Below, one piece after another: positions 13,921-28,796 of a DNA stretch of 64,000 nucleotides. Source of the stretch: Octopus vulgaris. Its lineage: Eukaryota. The translations under genes and the position numbers were made by a program. The stretch spans positions 110,670,001 to 110,734,000 of the forward strand of contig OX597816.1 in NCBI GenBank assembly GCA_951406725.2, given 5' to 3'. Below the pieces are notes generated by a model that was given only the letters and a program-made list of their open reading frames with translations, did not search any database and had not been told where the DNA came from. Positions within the stretch are counted from its first letter, which is position 1; every line of letters begins with the position of its first letter.

Positions 13921-16049
13921 AGGTACAGTTCTTCATAATACTTGACAAATATCATTTGATGTTTTCAACTATTACCTTCAGATAGTATATGGTACCTTAA
14001 CTTCCTTAGCGAAAATATCTATCGCATATTTTCATATAAGTTTTAATCACAACGAAAATAATATTTTCGTTTGGATATATTAATGAAGATGCATTTAATT
14101 CAAAATTATTTACTCAAAACACACACCATTTGTTTGTGTATTCCTCATAATCTAATCGATTTATACATTTATATTTGTGGCATATGTTTGAAGTTGGAAA
14201 CAGCTTAAACGAATACTCTTCAGAATTGGGATATTACATCCTTCATCAGATACAATTATTTAAAAATCGTTTGCTTTGTGAACCTAATGTTACCATTGTC
14301 ACAGTGAATATCTAGATGTCGCTATTCAATAGATATCAACTCTCGAAATCATTTCAGTATATATTTCTTTTGACATTCATGGTCTGAGTGACATTTCACT
14401 TAGACAATCTAACAGTCTTCTCAAGTGTGTATAAAAATGTCTTATTACTTCATATCTCGTAGAGTATTTGCTTACTGCATAATTGAACATTATAGATATA
14501 ATAAACATATTCGTTTTACGTAAGAATTTCATAAAAACAGCAGCTCTCAAGTTTTAACCAATATTTCATCAATAAAGAAAATAGTACTGTAAGAATTCTG
14601 ATATTACAAGCTAAGGCGTATTCAAGTATAACAAATAATACATATGGTGAGTCATGAAACATTATACCGATTCTCTACTTCTTTGTACGTAGTACGGATT
14701 AAGGTGAACCGTCAACAAAATATTTCTATTCATTGTCAGCAGCAGACTATATATCTAAATTGTGGTTATTGAAATCAGTGAGTAGTCAAGTTTACTAGAC
14801 CTTGTTTTGAACATGGATTATAAACACCAAAGATTTGCGCAACATTGTTGGATTAGATTTATGCCACAGCTTTATCTGTTCAAACAGCACATTCGACTGA
14901 TGTTTCAACGTATATCATCATTACTAAGGGTATTTTTTACAATTTCAGATTTGCACCAATCGATATTTAATTCATCGGAAAGTAGGGAAAATTTAAATGA
15001 AAATTTCACGGCTATTTAAAGTAATTAAAATTATTATGCAAACTATGTGTGGCTATTTTAATATTAGTTATAAAAAATATTTATTGTCCTTCTCAGAATC
15101 AATATTGATTCAGTAGAAACAGGTTTAAGAGCATTTCAGAAACTACTAGTCTTTTTTATAGTGTATAACTGGAAATGACTTCCACCTTTAAACCTGAAAA
15201 ATTCAGATTTGAGAGAGAGATTTTCGTCTAATTTCTAGCAGCTGGAGAAAGTAGGTTTGGGCTCTGGACGTGCGTGACACATAGTGACAATAGCAGCATC
15301 AAGACCTCTGGGAGTGAAATATATTAGAATCTTAATGATTATAGTAAACCTACAGGTGAAAGCTTAAAACTTTGTTTTATTCGTATTTAAGCGCCACCAT
15401 TTACATACTTTTACATTTCATATCTTTCTATTTAAGCTACATAATATTTTCATGGACTATTCTTCAAATTTCATACTACATAATTTGTGAGCCCGTTATT
15501 CCTTAAACAGTAGTTACTGGTGATGGAAAAGAATCTGGCCTTTTCTATTCCATTATAAAATCTAGATTTGACTAGAGGCTAGGTAGCATTGTTGCCTGAG
15601 ATCGGATTTCCATTGTCTAGATTATAAGATCTATAAGTACATACGAAGAGAATTACAATGAAGTTGATTTTAATTTTCCTTACTTTTGTGAATTTTTTAC
15701 TGATCTCTGAAATTGGCCACATTATGCTTAACTGTTTATATTTCATTTAAATCGTTAATGCCTAAATTCATTTTTGCATTGAATCACAAATGAATAACTT
15801 CACTTAACTTATACAGAGTGATCGTCTTCACAATTAGAGGTAATGAAATCAATAAAAATGTATAATTTAATGTTAGGCATGTTAACAACTTGTTTAAATA
15901 TGCATTAAATATAATTAAAGGCCAATTTCAAGAATATATGCATATAATCTAATGAGCAAATTTCGTTGTAGATTCTTTTTCAAAGCTAATTCAGACACAT
16001 ATTCTTCAGAAATTGTATAAATAAGAAAGCTAACTGCATTAATAAGAGC

Positions 16050-16420
16050 AACAACAAAACTCGTAAATGAGCTCTAGAAAGATCAATACTAGCATGTACA
16101 TAAAATCAACATATGCGACAATAATGATGATATTACAAGGACAACATGACAGCAACTTTTAAATGAACGTTATGAATAACAACTGCAACAATAAAAGCAG
16201 AAAGAATGACAACTACAATAAATGCCCAAAAATAATTTACGAGAATTCTACATGACAATACTAAAGACAACAGATTAGAGAAGCACTAATAATTACAACA
16301 GCAACACAGATAATGAGAATACCACGAACAACAGTATCAACAAGAAATACAGTAATATTAAGAATGATCGTCTCCACATAAAAAAGAAAGAAATTAAAAT
16401 AAACTATGAAAAGAGAAAAA
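16050..16420. repeat. Decayed (AAC/AAT)n-like A-rich low-complexity tract
   Basis: Recurrent aca/aac/aat triplets. Confidence 0.5.
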
Positions 16421-17520
16421 ATATATCAAAACGACGGTGTACGATAGTAATCTGCATCTTTCGCTAAGAAGGTATGTTTTCTTGCTAAGTATTTACCTTG
16501 ATGTATTCTTTTTCTTTTCTCAGGCTTTGTCTATATTCTTTCTTGTGTAAAATTAATTTCATGACTGAAGGAAAGAAGATATGCATGAACATTGTACAAA
16601 CAGAATATTGAATGTACGGAAAGAACCGGGTACACTTTGAAGTGACGTATATTCCATGATGAATTATAACTGGAAATTTATTTCTTCTAACATTTGTTTA
16701 TGTATTCATTCATTTATTTACTTTTCTTTGGCTGTTGGAGTAGAGAAACCTATTAATTCTTTCAGATCAAATTACCAAACATCATTTATATTCATTACTT
16801 TGAGGTTCATTATAACTATGTAAGGAAATATTTCTAGCGATGTGTGTTTATGTGTACTAGTTTCTCTGTGCTTATGCATACTGAAATTTGTATGACAACT
16901 CCACTATATGCTCATATGTATTAAAATGACATGAATAGTGAAATGGGTCATTTGTTTACCAGTTAAATTTTAATTTCTATATTAATCACTTGATAATTCA
17001 ATATGGAGTGTCATACATATATTTTTCACATGCCTACTATGAATGTTACATTTAAAATTCAACAAATTTGCTTCTATTATCATCCTTTGTGAATTTCGTT
17101 CTCTTAAGATTTATCTAAGTTAAAAGTCTAGCTTCATATGATTAAATACATTCAATCATATGCTTGCAAATATTTCAATATGTAAGTAGTTCCTTACACT
17201 GTGCTATTCCTGCTACAATGAGCTAAATAATACTAGATATTCCCGTTCTACACTGCAGATAATTACGCGCTATTATGTTGCGATATATCAATATGAGAGA
17301 TTAATTCTAAAACTTTAGGTAACCTATACGAAAGACAGCTTGAAAAGCAAGTTTTACATCTAAAAATCCAATGCAAGTTTCATTTTTATCAGTTGTATGT
17401 ATGTAGCAATTTGTGAAATTATATCTCATAGCTTATACAAATAATTAAATTGCTTTATATTTCAAAATTAGTATTACCTGCACGTTATTCACCCAATTAC
17501 CTACAGATGATAATTGTGAC

Positions 17521-17843
17521 GGCGCATGGTTCTGTAGTTAGAGCAACTAGCTTACGATCGTGAGGTTGTTTGTTCGATTCCCGGACCGGGCTGCGTGTTG
17601 TATTCTTGAGTGAGACACTTCATTTCGCGTTACTCCAGTTAAGTCAGCTGTAGAAATGAGTTGTGACATTCAAGATGTATCAGCCTTTGCCTTTCCCATG
17701 GATAATATTAGTGGTGTGAAGTGGGGAGGCTTGTATGTATTGGCGACAACCGTTCTTCCATAAACAACCTTGTCTGGACGTGTGCCTCGGAGGGTAACTT
17801 TCTAAGTGCAATCCTATGGTCATTCATGACCGAAGGGGTCTCC
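17521..17843 (+). mobile_element. tRNA-derived CORE-type SINE, family C
   Basis: tRNA-like head with B box GTTCGATTCC, then CORE-like gttgtattcttgagtgagacactt. A full-length inverted paralogue lies at 57325-57655. Confidence 0.85.
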
Positions 17844-18077
17844 CATGAATCCAGTTCACATCAAGAGATGAAAAACCAAGTATTCTATTACATGTGTTCG
17901 TTTAGAGATAATAAAAAAATCAACAAAAAACGTAACCAGAGAACCGATTACAGAGTAGATTTCATGGCAGATCGCGTCATATCAAGCCATAGTATACTAC
18001 ACTCTATGTTCATACAATAAAACACCTCATTCTTATATGTAAGATATTCGGAGATCCAAAAGGAACAGTAACGAAAC

Positions 18078-18555
18078 TTAGATTGGCCAAAAATACGTTC
18101 GGTTTTCGTCAACTGTAAACTTCAAACATTCTAATAAATAGCTAACTCGTACACGAGCACTCGTTAGATACTTGGAACTAAACGTAGTTCGAGGTGAATT
18201 CTCAACAAGACAGGTTGTTTTCGGTGTTTTCACTAAAAATGCAATAACAAATGAACATTATCAACACTTCAAGCAATTTCAGTTGAGAAAAAGCAAGAAA
18301 GTGGAGAAAACTGCACGAAGAGGTGTGCTGTGTACCAACAGGATTCTTATACGTATCATATGTTCCAGAAATTGTTCTTCAAATTTCCATACGGAAACGA
18401 AGATTAACAGCGACAGAATAAAACGATTAGTGGACCCCAGTCCCCGCTATACGACTAAGATGATCGTAGATATTCTCCAACTATCCTAATCGAGTGTACA
18501 AAACTATTTGCATTAACTCGATTACGTCAGCAGTTTCGATGTTTGTGTCCCAAAT
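18078..18555 (+). mobile_element. mariner 5' remnant (putative left TIR + HTH region)
   Basis: EHYQHFKQFQLRKSK, IKRLVDPSPRYTTKMIVDILQLS*SSVQNYLH*LDYVSSFDVCVP (LGYVSR.DVWVPH motif); begins at ttagattggccaaaaa. Confidence 0.75.
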
Positions 18556-20361
18556 AAAGAGAATGCGGTTAGCCTCATAAACAGAATGAGGCCAACAGAT
18601 TATCGTCTACGAATTTAGAATTTCCAGCCACTGATGAGTTTATCATCAGCTTAGTACACTCATTAACTGGCCAAGGAAACACTGATAATAAACACGCAGA
18701 TCGTAAGGACTTCGATAGTCCCGCCTGTTTGCTTTGTTTATATGATGCTTTCTTGACAGATAATTTAACAAATAAATTGTTGGCTTATAAAACCTTTGTT
18801 TCAATGTTGTTTTATACTAAAATGTATGTCTAGATTTGAGTGAAAACAGACAATTGTCAACGCGAGACCATTTAAGTGAGTATTTAAGTGAAATGCCAAC
18901 ACAGGTTGAAAATATAAGACTGCTCTTTCTTCCGTTTGCACTGGTGAACAATCTGAATAGTTTTACTGCAGCAATATTAAAGAAATAGTGAAAGTATATA
19001 TACTGTCAATATCACGTTTCCTTATCCGATACACTTTAAATATGTATGTCTGAAACTCATTATTCTCTATTGTGCATTTTGGATAGATTTCAGTAATTGA
19101 ATCCCGAGCCTCAGATAAGAAAAATAGGTTAGAGATTATGATGGGAACGTCGGGGATATAAGTAAGTATTCACATATTTATTCTGTTTCCCAAATGGAAT
19201 TTATGGGTTTGAAACGAGATACAAATATGAAATATAATTTGAAACAATACCTGACTTCCTAATAGTTTATGAAATAAGTATTACTAATACCCATGAGACT
19301 TTTACATCATTCTTTCAAATATTCCCTTTCATGGAATATCTATGTAAAGAAAATCCTGTAGAAACAGGACACCACTTTAATTTTCTTACAATATCCACAT
19401 AGAATTGATGCTGAAATGATTTCGAAGAATCTGCCATATCGTTTCGGTGCTTCTTTTTCTGCAGAATAAAATAATAATATCGGTCTTAAGAGAAGAATAT
19501 TAAGTGCAGTGGCCGAGTGGTCACTTCACTTATTTAGCTTATATCTGGTTGACTGCACAAAGAATCTTAGGTGATACTTTCTCAGTCTAAAGTTTCCTCA
19601 CTGTCTAGAAACTACAGCTTTCAAGTACGGAAATTAGCTTATAGACAAAAAGAATATTGAATTAATATTGCTGTAATGAAACATACAGCAAGAGAACTAA
19701 TGGCGATTTCAGAATATATTTTTTCCAAGCGGATGAATGTTTTCAAATAACTTCTATTTGGTTAAAAATACAATTTCCTTCACAAAAATTCTGCTTGCTA
19801 TTGTGATGTTTGGCGAACTAAGCTGAGTTACGATAATTTAGGATACACACAGTCAGAGTCCATAAAACTAAATATTTGCAATTCTCCCGGTTTAATATTA
19901 TGATAACTAGTTAGTCAACTTCATTCCTTTTTACAGTACAACAAGAGATGTAGAGAAGAATGACCGCTTATGTGACTGAGTAAATTGAAATCTGTAAAGA
20001 AAAACCATTGCCTGATATTCTTGTTGGTAATGTTAGGAATCAATTTATTTTCTGCTAGTAATTACAAGTTTTGCGCACTGGTGTGAAATATATTCCTCGC
20101 TCTTAAGATATAAGTATTCACAGTTCTTTCATATGTTTATAGATTTTTTAAAACTAATATCCTATTTCTCGCGAAGCCTTGAATGGTACCATTCTTTGTA
20201 ATTAACCAATCATTTCAAAGTACGTGTATGCAGATCAACACAGTCTCTATAAGTACACACATGTATATAAAATAATGCATATAAATCATCGTCGATAGGA
20301 AGTAATAACATTGCCTAAAATCACATAATATTTGAAAATTGTTATCATAGAAGTATATCTA

Positions 20362-21509
20362 TGAGGGTGGTTTCAAAATTTCATAAAATGACTATAAAGA
20401 AGTGATACTTGAAATTTCAAATCTTGCACGCATTAATTTCAACTATTCTTATTGTTAACTGCATTGATTTGTCCGAGTAAAATGAGGTACGACTATTCAT
20501 GAAGACTTTGAAAGTAACTATTAGTGACTCCTCCTGAAAATGTACAAATTTTGGCATCAATTACCTACAGAAAAAAATTTAGCAGATAAAAATATTCATA
20601 CTGACATAGTGTCTATATTAGTGGATGACGTCCCAAAATTATCAATATGGCAAAAGTGGGCAGCTGAATTTGGGAGGGGAGGGATTGTCTTGAAGGTGAC
20701 CTGATGCCTGGACGTCCTGCAACCGAGGATAACATTGATCCTGTTCACCACATTATGCCAGGTCTCAGACAAATCACTATGAATCAAATACCCAATGCTA
20801 TTAACATATCACGTGTGAGAGTTGAGATTATTCTCCACCAGGAACTTAGCATAACGAAAGCTTTTGCTCGGTGTGAGCCACGTCTTCTGACACCGGGTCA
20901 AAAGCGCACAAGGCTGATCATATAACGGGTAAATTTGGCACTGTTTGAGGCAGATACGAGTGGTTTCTTCGAGCGTTTCCTAACTCCGCATAAGTATTGG
21001 GTTCATAACTTTAACCACAGAGACAATCCATACGGTGGGAACAACCCTCTACACCTACCGAAAAGAAGGCCAAGGTTGTTTCAGCTGAAGGGAAGGTAAT
21101 GACCTTAGGTTTTTGAGATGCAAAATGCATTTTGTTTTTTGAATAACTTCAAGAGGGCCCCGCCATCAATGGAGCGTACTATTCTAGCTTGCTGACGTAG
21201 TCACGAAAGGCCACGAACACCAAACGCCCAGTAAAACCGATGAAAGTTGTTTTGGTTCCTTACATCCATGCTCCAATACACAAGGCCTTGGCTTCAGTGG
21301 TTGCTTTGTGTGTTGTTGTTTTGAACCGGTTGATCATCCTCCTTATTCTACCGATTTGGCTCCACCTGAATATCATCTGTTCCAAGCGTTGCAACACCGA
21401 TAGAAGAAGTGTGTGAAAAGCAAGAGGGGCTATGTTGAAGAATGAACCTATTTGGTCACATCACATGGTAGTGTCTTGGTCAGATTCTGAAATCTTCAGT
21501 CTACCCTCG
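20362..21509 (+). mobile_element. mariner transposon, near full length, decayed (irritans/Himar1-like)
   Basis: TA-flanked TIRs tgagggtggtttcaaaatttca / tgaaatcttcagtctaccctcg. Motifs KWAAEFGRG, GRPAT, ARCEPRLLT (WVPRLL), PPYSTDLAPPEYHLF (YSPDLAP). Confidence 0.92.
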
Positions 21510-22166
21510 TATACCCATTAACATACATTTTCGTGCGTGTATATACAAGAAACATCACTCAAGTGTTTATCTGTGCTTTTCAACATGAACCAAACAAAAA
21601 TCTAAATAAATAATTCTCCAGCCGCTACAATACATGTATTAATAGCATAAAATAAAACATAATTATATAATGTTGCATTTAGAATGACAGGAAAACAGGA
21701 CGTACAGTATAAATTAGATAAATAGAAGTTAATATACGTATTGCAACAAAATAAAACTAAAATAAAACAATACAGAAACACACAAGGTTTCTCATTTTTG
21801 GAAACGCCAGCTCTGTTATAACAAAATCATATATATATATATATCAAAATATCTCACTCCGCAGTTAGTCAATATGCTTGACAATGAATTATTAATAATG
21901 ATAGAGGTGCACAAAAATGCACAATTACCGGATGATCCATGTCACTGTAATGGCAAACATGTATACAATAAAAGGATCGCAATTACATTTGCGGTTTACT
22001 TCACTTATATGCATCATTTTATCAAGATGTGAAGCGATGTTTTGAAAAATATATTGGCGTATGTGTATCTATGTATCTACTTATATATGTATACACTTCT
22101 CCCGCATGCAAACATACACTCACACATATATACATATAGAGAGATACTTCATACATATATATGTAT

Positions 22167-22249
<83 letters not shown>

Positions 22250-22289
22250 AGTGCTTGTGTTTGTGTGTGTGGCTGGGTGTGTTAAGAGG

Positions 22290-22440
22290 GTTTCCTCATA
22301 AGTTCGTTCAACCAAATTCACTCACTCTCAAATCTGTGGTAGGGACTTGGGCTTTAGTAGAAGATAATTGCCTAATATGCCGTGGAGTGGGATTGAACCC
22401 TAAACTCTGTGGCTCTAAAGGGAATTAATCAACCACATAT
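22290..22440 (-). mobile_element. tRNA-derived SINE, family D (diverged)
   Basis: The reverse complement has B box GGGTTCAATCCC followed by a CORE-like ttaggcaattatcttctacta; adjoins a (TG)n tract. Confidence 0.55.
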
Positions 22441-22751
22441 ATACGTATAAATACCCCTAAGTACATATACATTATTTGCACTACGGAAACATAGTCATTG
22501 CAGCAAAGTCCACAGAAATATAAAGAAGCTCACATAATCCAATGTCTGTAGGTTCTGACTATTGTGAACACTTTTAAGTAGATGTAGTATCAGAGGTGGA
22601 ACGCATGTAAAAGAGAAACATAATATTGACGAGAATAATTTATTCTCTCGATTTGCATTTTCGATATACGCCCATGAGACAAATTTCCAAAAATGGTTCA
22701 TTTATATATTTCTGTTCTTCACGCTGTTGCATATAATTTTTATTCCGTTTC

Positions 22752-22789
<38 letters not shown>

Positions 22790-22795
<6 letters not shown>

Positions 22796-23178
22796 CTGGA
22801 ACAAGGAAGACGTTTCTTTGTTTGTCTTCTGTCCTGGCTTGATATACACGTTCGGCACCACAACCTCGTTTAGGCTTAGCAGCCCGTCCTGTTTGTTTTC
22901 ACCGTCCTGTTTGTGTTACCTATTTTGACCCTCCGCAAAATCCCAAATTTTATTTAATTTGCTTTTCGGGAGCAACTGTTTTATCGAATGCGTATATTGT
23001 TGTTAAATGCTCGAAATACGAGACAAACAACCTACAACTGATGAAGGGTCGTTCTTAATGTTTGTTTTGTTTTCCGTCTGTGTCTTTCGTTGTTCGATAG
23101 AATAGTTCATGTTCCATACACTCGTGCTTCGTACTTTTTTGTTGTACACGTTTCATGACGTCCTGTGCCCACATATGT

Positions 23179-23180
<2 letters not shown>
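22790..23180. repeat. Unclassified T-rich cassette bounded by (TA)n tracts
   Basis: About 390 bp between two (TA)n runs; internal ccgtcctgtttg direct repeat. Confidence 0.45.
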
Positions 23181-23220
<40 letters not shown>

Positions 23221-24419
23221 AAAATATCTTCACCTCATCAATATCGTTGATGTGGATTGACTTAATCGCCGGAGGATATTAAAACTGAAAAATATTTCTA
23301 CGATTTTAGATTTTGAAATTGATTCGGTACATAGTATTGACATTTTTTTAAAGAAAATTTCAATGTATTGCGGACAATTTATTCCAATGTAATTACAATT
23401 CTTAAAATTTGACGCCCCTTGGTCCTCTACTTATCAGTTTCTACTTCCCAGGAGAAGTAGTGGCCAAAACGACTTTAAATAACATCGTTATTTTGAATGA
23501 GTGAAGTAATCTTTTTGCAATAGAATCGCATTTACACCTAACAACATGGACTGTTCTTCGATGAATTTCGTTTACATTATATATCAGTTTGATCATCGTT
23601 GGTATAAAGATAAACAACAGCGAGAAAAGCAATTACTACAACAGTAACCAAAACAGCATAAACATCAAGAAAACTAAACAGCAATTTGCTTTGAACTTAG
23701 TCTCTGGGTTATTGGAGATTTTTTGGCGAATCTATATTAAGAGAATTGTATCTATAGTACAACGATATTTTATATATTTAACAGTTTTATATTTTCCTCT
23801 CTCAACTATAAACACTCATCCACTCTCATACATGTATTTTTATTTCTTGATCTCTCTCTTTCCGTTTCTCTTTTCCAGTGTCAATGTATACTTGCTCATA
23901 TGAATTCGTGCATACACGTGTGAATACACATTCTTCTATATATCTTCAATATCATATATGCAGACGTAGAGTGCCTTTTTGAACGTTCGCTTCTTCAAGT
24001 ATACCCACGCCTCCAGCTTAAATCAATAACTGACATTCCTTCCTTTTGTTATAAATAAGGGAAATGCTTCTAATTACCAAATTCACATTATTCAGACCAA
24101 ATTATAAAATATATCTTACACCACATGAAATCTTAATTGTACGTTCATGTCATACTTGATACTGATAACAAGATCATCAACAACTATACCAATGCAAACA
24201 ATATTACTGTACCTGTAAGTTAATTAAGAAACTATAATTACTCTTCAGATCATCTTTACTTTTAAATCCATTCTTTTCCGGCGCTATGAAAATGTGCAAG
24301 ATAACAATTCAATCAGCTACGTGAAGAGGCCAAACATTACTGGGAGAAAGCTCACTTACACTTTAGTTATTTTACGAGAAAACAAATTCGCTAAAAAGCA
24401 TCTTTGTTTGCTAAACAAA

Positions 24420-25000
24420 ACTGGCTATCAAAGTGAGTAATTATTCCAAATCAATTTGATAATCGATCTTCTAAATCCACCGGGAACCAGAGAAAATCTG
24501 TCATAAAGGCGACCGAAAATTATGTGAAAAACCACTGCTACGATCACTAATCTCTCATGATTCAAGAGAGGGGATTGTTGAATATAGTCAACATAAGAAC
24601 GTTTGGAAACTACAGTTCCCAAAATATTTCCAACTATTCTTAACTGTTCTTGAATGACTTGGCAGAAAAAAAGCATGTGATATTACATTGGATGTTACCG
24701 AAGATATTCCTGAAGAAATGTTTGTACTGGAAAATTAATACATTCCTTTACACAAATGGTATTACTCTTAAACACTGGGGAGCTGTGTGCAGTATACGTA
24801 TTCAAGAAAATGCTAAACGGAAGCAACCGAGGTGAAGAAGACGTCACGAAAATATGAACAACCTACACACCATTAGTAGATGTTTAACCACGACAATAAA
24901 TGTATGGTAGAGAATGTAATCAAACCTCAACAATTCTATTTGAAAAATTGTCTAAAATATTTATACTGTTTAAATATTGACAGTAAAATATACAGAAAAT
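24420..25000 (+). mobile_element. Penelope-like RT remnant (heavily decayed)
   Basis: FVLEN-NTFLYTNG-YYS*TLG across frameshifts resembles the L.NN.F.F....Y.Q..G block of PLE RTs. Confidence 0.45.
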
Positions 25001-26222
25001 CACTGTGAACATTGTAAAGAGAAAAAACCTGAAAGAGACATAATAGTGGGATAATGGTACGGAAGCTGACATTCTATATAAAATCATTAATGTTCATATT
25101 CACAAGAAACTTCTACCAAGTGTAAATATAACAAGCCGAATATAGATGTCGGTGATATAAAGGAAAAGTCCGTACCGTCATACAGGTGAGTTGACCTGCT
25201 AACATGGATATCTCATCGAAAATCAAATTGCTATGGAAACGTCTCCGAAATTTTAGCTATGATACGCAGATTATAAATTCATAGTTATACTAATAGTAAT
25301 TGTGCAGTTGAATTCGTTAGATGCTACGTGACAATTTGGAAACGATAAAGCTTTCAGTGAAGAGAAATCAATCGCATTATAAATGCAATCTGTCAGCAGA
25401 GCAGTAAAATAATTTTTTAAATATTATGATAGTTTTTTTCTCAAGTAGCATTGATTTTGCTCACTATATACTAACAACGGAATTACTTTTTGTTTTGTTA
25501 CAAACCAGCACCTTTCTGGTAGGAAAATCTCAAATAATTAGCAACTCAAGACGATATACCTACAGAGAGACCTGCATATACAACTACAAATGTTAGAATA
25601 CTCCTCATCAGAAAGGGTTTAACTAGTTTACCTCTTCCAAATACGATTGATTAAATATACTGTGAAAAATTATGAAACAGTTCAGGAGCTCGTCGTTTGA
25701 ACTTTCTGGCACACCATCACATATACACAAGGGATAGATAGGCATGCACGCAGACGAACGGTAATGAAACACATACCCATCAGTGTTCAAACATGACCGG
25801 TACGATGGATATCTAACTGCCACACCTGCAAAAGCAAATATACTAGATCTGGTTAAAGAGGGAAACGTAGGTGGAGATGGACGAACAGTGTGTTTAAAAT
25901 GGTGTGCTTGCTCAGATTGTCGTGTGCGGAGGAAACTCCACCGAAGGAATGGTAGTCTCAGGGTTTGAAAGAAACAAATGTAGAGACAAAGAGAGATGGA
26001 ATGCTGATGAAAGCGACAGTAATGTTAAAGACATTGCTGGTAGGAAGGTGAAATATAAGAAGGCATGTAAGGAATTGTCAAAGGAAATAGTTTAGCGTTT
26101 CAAAGAGAGCATTGGCGATATATTCATCAATGCTATTACTGTTTAGCTCTAGCCAGGGACCAGTGACCTGGAAAAAGATTAGCGATTCAACAGCCAAAAT
26201 ATGTTCTATCATTGTTGGGTTC

Positions 26223-26281
<59 letters not shown>

Positions 26282-28762
26282 AATTTCCCTGTATGTGTAT
26301 CTGTGCATTACTACTGGAATTCCTTAGATTTTAATTGTACAAAGGATTATTTTAAACTTCAGTCAAATGTTTGTTAATGTTCATTGCACGTACAATACTT
26401 ATTCGATCGGTCTATCAACATTTAGGTAAAGTAAATAATGTCTGCCGATCATTCTTCCAACGTACAAGTCTGAATCTCCAAGTGCAGTTGGACAAGGCAT
26501 TCAGAGTTACCACAAATATATGCACAACACTAAATTTTGCGTTCAGTAAAATTTGGTTCATATATACAGAAAGATTTATATTTACATATACGCAAACACG
26601 TTCACGTTTGTTTTCCTATTTGTGAGTGTTTGTATGGGTGTATGTAAGTATATATATGTATTTTTGGACGTATATCTGTAAGGCTCTGTACTGACTAATG
26701 ATGACTACATTTTGGGATAATCAAGTGTGTTTTGTAATTAGGAAGGACGAATAAGTCTAGCTTTTGCTGTCAGTTAATCTCCCTGCAGGGATTACTTGAT
26801 AACAGATTATTATGAACAAGTATATAGCTTTCTGTAATGTGTTATTAAATTTCTATTTTGTCACCAATCACGCTCATACGTTTATGCATACATACATACA
26901 TATATTCATACGTACACACATACACCCATACATATCAATACATACATAGAAATTCTTTAACGTGCATGGATGCACACAAGAATACAGGCAAACACGGAGA
27001 TAATGAAGAGAATTACTGAATTTAGTCACTCTTCTGGAAGTAATATTCTAAAATGTGCTTAGAATTTTAAGAGGAAATGAAAACTGAAAATTATATCAAG
27101 AATTGCAATTATATAAAATGTTAACTGAAATAAATTCAAAATGAAAATTACAGTCTCAGTGAGTTATATAATTCTAAGCATTTAGTACTAAATGCAAATT
27201 TAGTTAATCGAAACTGTAAGATCGTTACAATATAAATGTAATATAACTCAACATATAGACTAATGAAAGTCGGGCTTATATCATTTATAATATCAATTTT
27301 ATGGTGCTTTACACTTTATGATACGAAAACTGAATACTTTCTATGAAGAATTTAAATCGAATTACAGTAATATATTACTAACCGACTGTGGTTAGAAATA
27401 AAATATAGTGCAGACATATCACAACTAAAGTCCTTGAAAGTTTTAGATACAAAATCGTCATCAAAGGAAATTATGTGGACAGCAAAATATATCTTAATAA
27501 CCCATCAATACTACTGGAATTATAGGAAAACCAGTTCGACATTTACTCAATTCTGTCAAACCATTGCCTTTGGAGAATATGTAAGAGGATTCTAGAAGGC
27601 GCATTCTAAATACAAAATGGTTAAAACTCAAGATAATAGTTTCCTAAGTTGCAAAACATTTTATATAATCGTACAAAGTTAGTAGCACTATTTCTTTTAT
27701 TGTTCCACATTAGAACTATAATCATACTGTATTATTTCAAAACGATATGTGAATATTTCGAACTTCATTACCTAGTTATGTTGTTCATTGTGAAAGGTCT
27801 GTGTAAATTCCCTGATTATTCATTCTCGGTTATCAGGCATTCTAAGGTGCTCCTTTCAGCATTTAGATTGCAATTTGCTTAGCTAACCGAGACAGAAATA
27901 TTTCCATTAGGAAAGGTTGTCATTAACTATGATGGAATAAGTAATGTCTCTTTCAGTCTTGTGATCTCTCCGATTTGTCTATTTTGCTTTAGTGAATGTG
28001 CTGTTGACTTGGAGATTGCTGCTTTTGCTTCTGTAGATTTGGATTTTTATCTCGTATACACTGGATTAATCAAGCGTCCTGTCGAGTAGAACATACATGT
28101 GTTCAGTAATTGTAGAGAAAAATATTTGGAGGGCACGGATTAGCTGTGTACACAGAGTTCTGAGGATCACATTTCTTATCTGTATGTCATTCCCACTGAA
28201 TACGCATTTATCGTTGCACCTGTCACTGCAGGTTATATTCTCATGTCTTACAAAGTACCTGTGTCATTCGACATCTGTTATTAGACTATTGATCATGTCT
28301 ATTACAGTTGCAAAAGTCGTTTGTAGTTTTTAATCGAATTGAAATCAAACAGGAACATTTACCGTGCCCAGAATTCATCTCATATGCTTGGGATGGAGAT
28401 AGCTTTGCTTCATACCATTTATTAGGTGTAAATGTTTGCACTATCCATAACGTAGATTTATTTCTCTGGCCAATAACGCACCAGTAAGGTATCTTTCTAA
28501 AAGACATGTTACTGTAAGCATTACTTGTATCACAGAGATACACTTTCAGTGAAACATATTCCTTTTAATTTCAAGTTTCTAGGCCTAAACAAAACTAAAC
28601 TATATGCAATGCATATAATAGTTTCTTCCTACTTGCAAATGCATTAGACTCTCCCTTTCACCTGTAGGGGGCAGAGTTGATAATTTTCTTCTAATTCTGC
28701 CAGATGGAAAATAAATTCGTTTTTGTCATCTTTATTTGTGTGTAAATGTGTTGTATCGTGCA

Positions 28763-28796
<34 letters not shown>

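Noticed and set aside
19094-19167. Possible small exon ending at a GTAAGT donor
   Set aside because: Weak acceptor and no stop-free recognisable peptide.
25590-25620. CTGATGA on the minus strand
   Set aside because: No GAAA or convincing stems follow.
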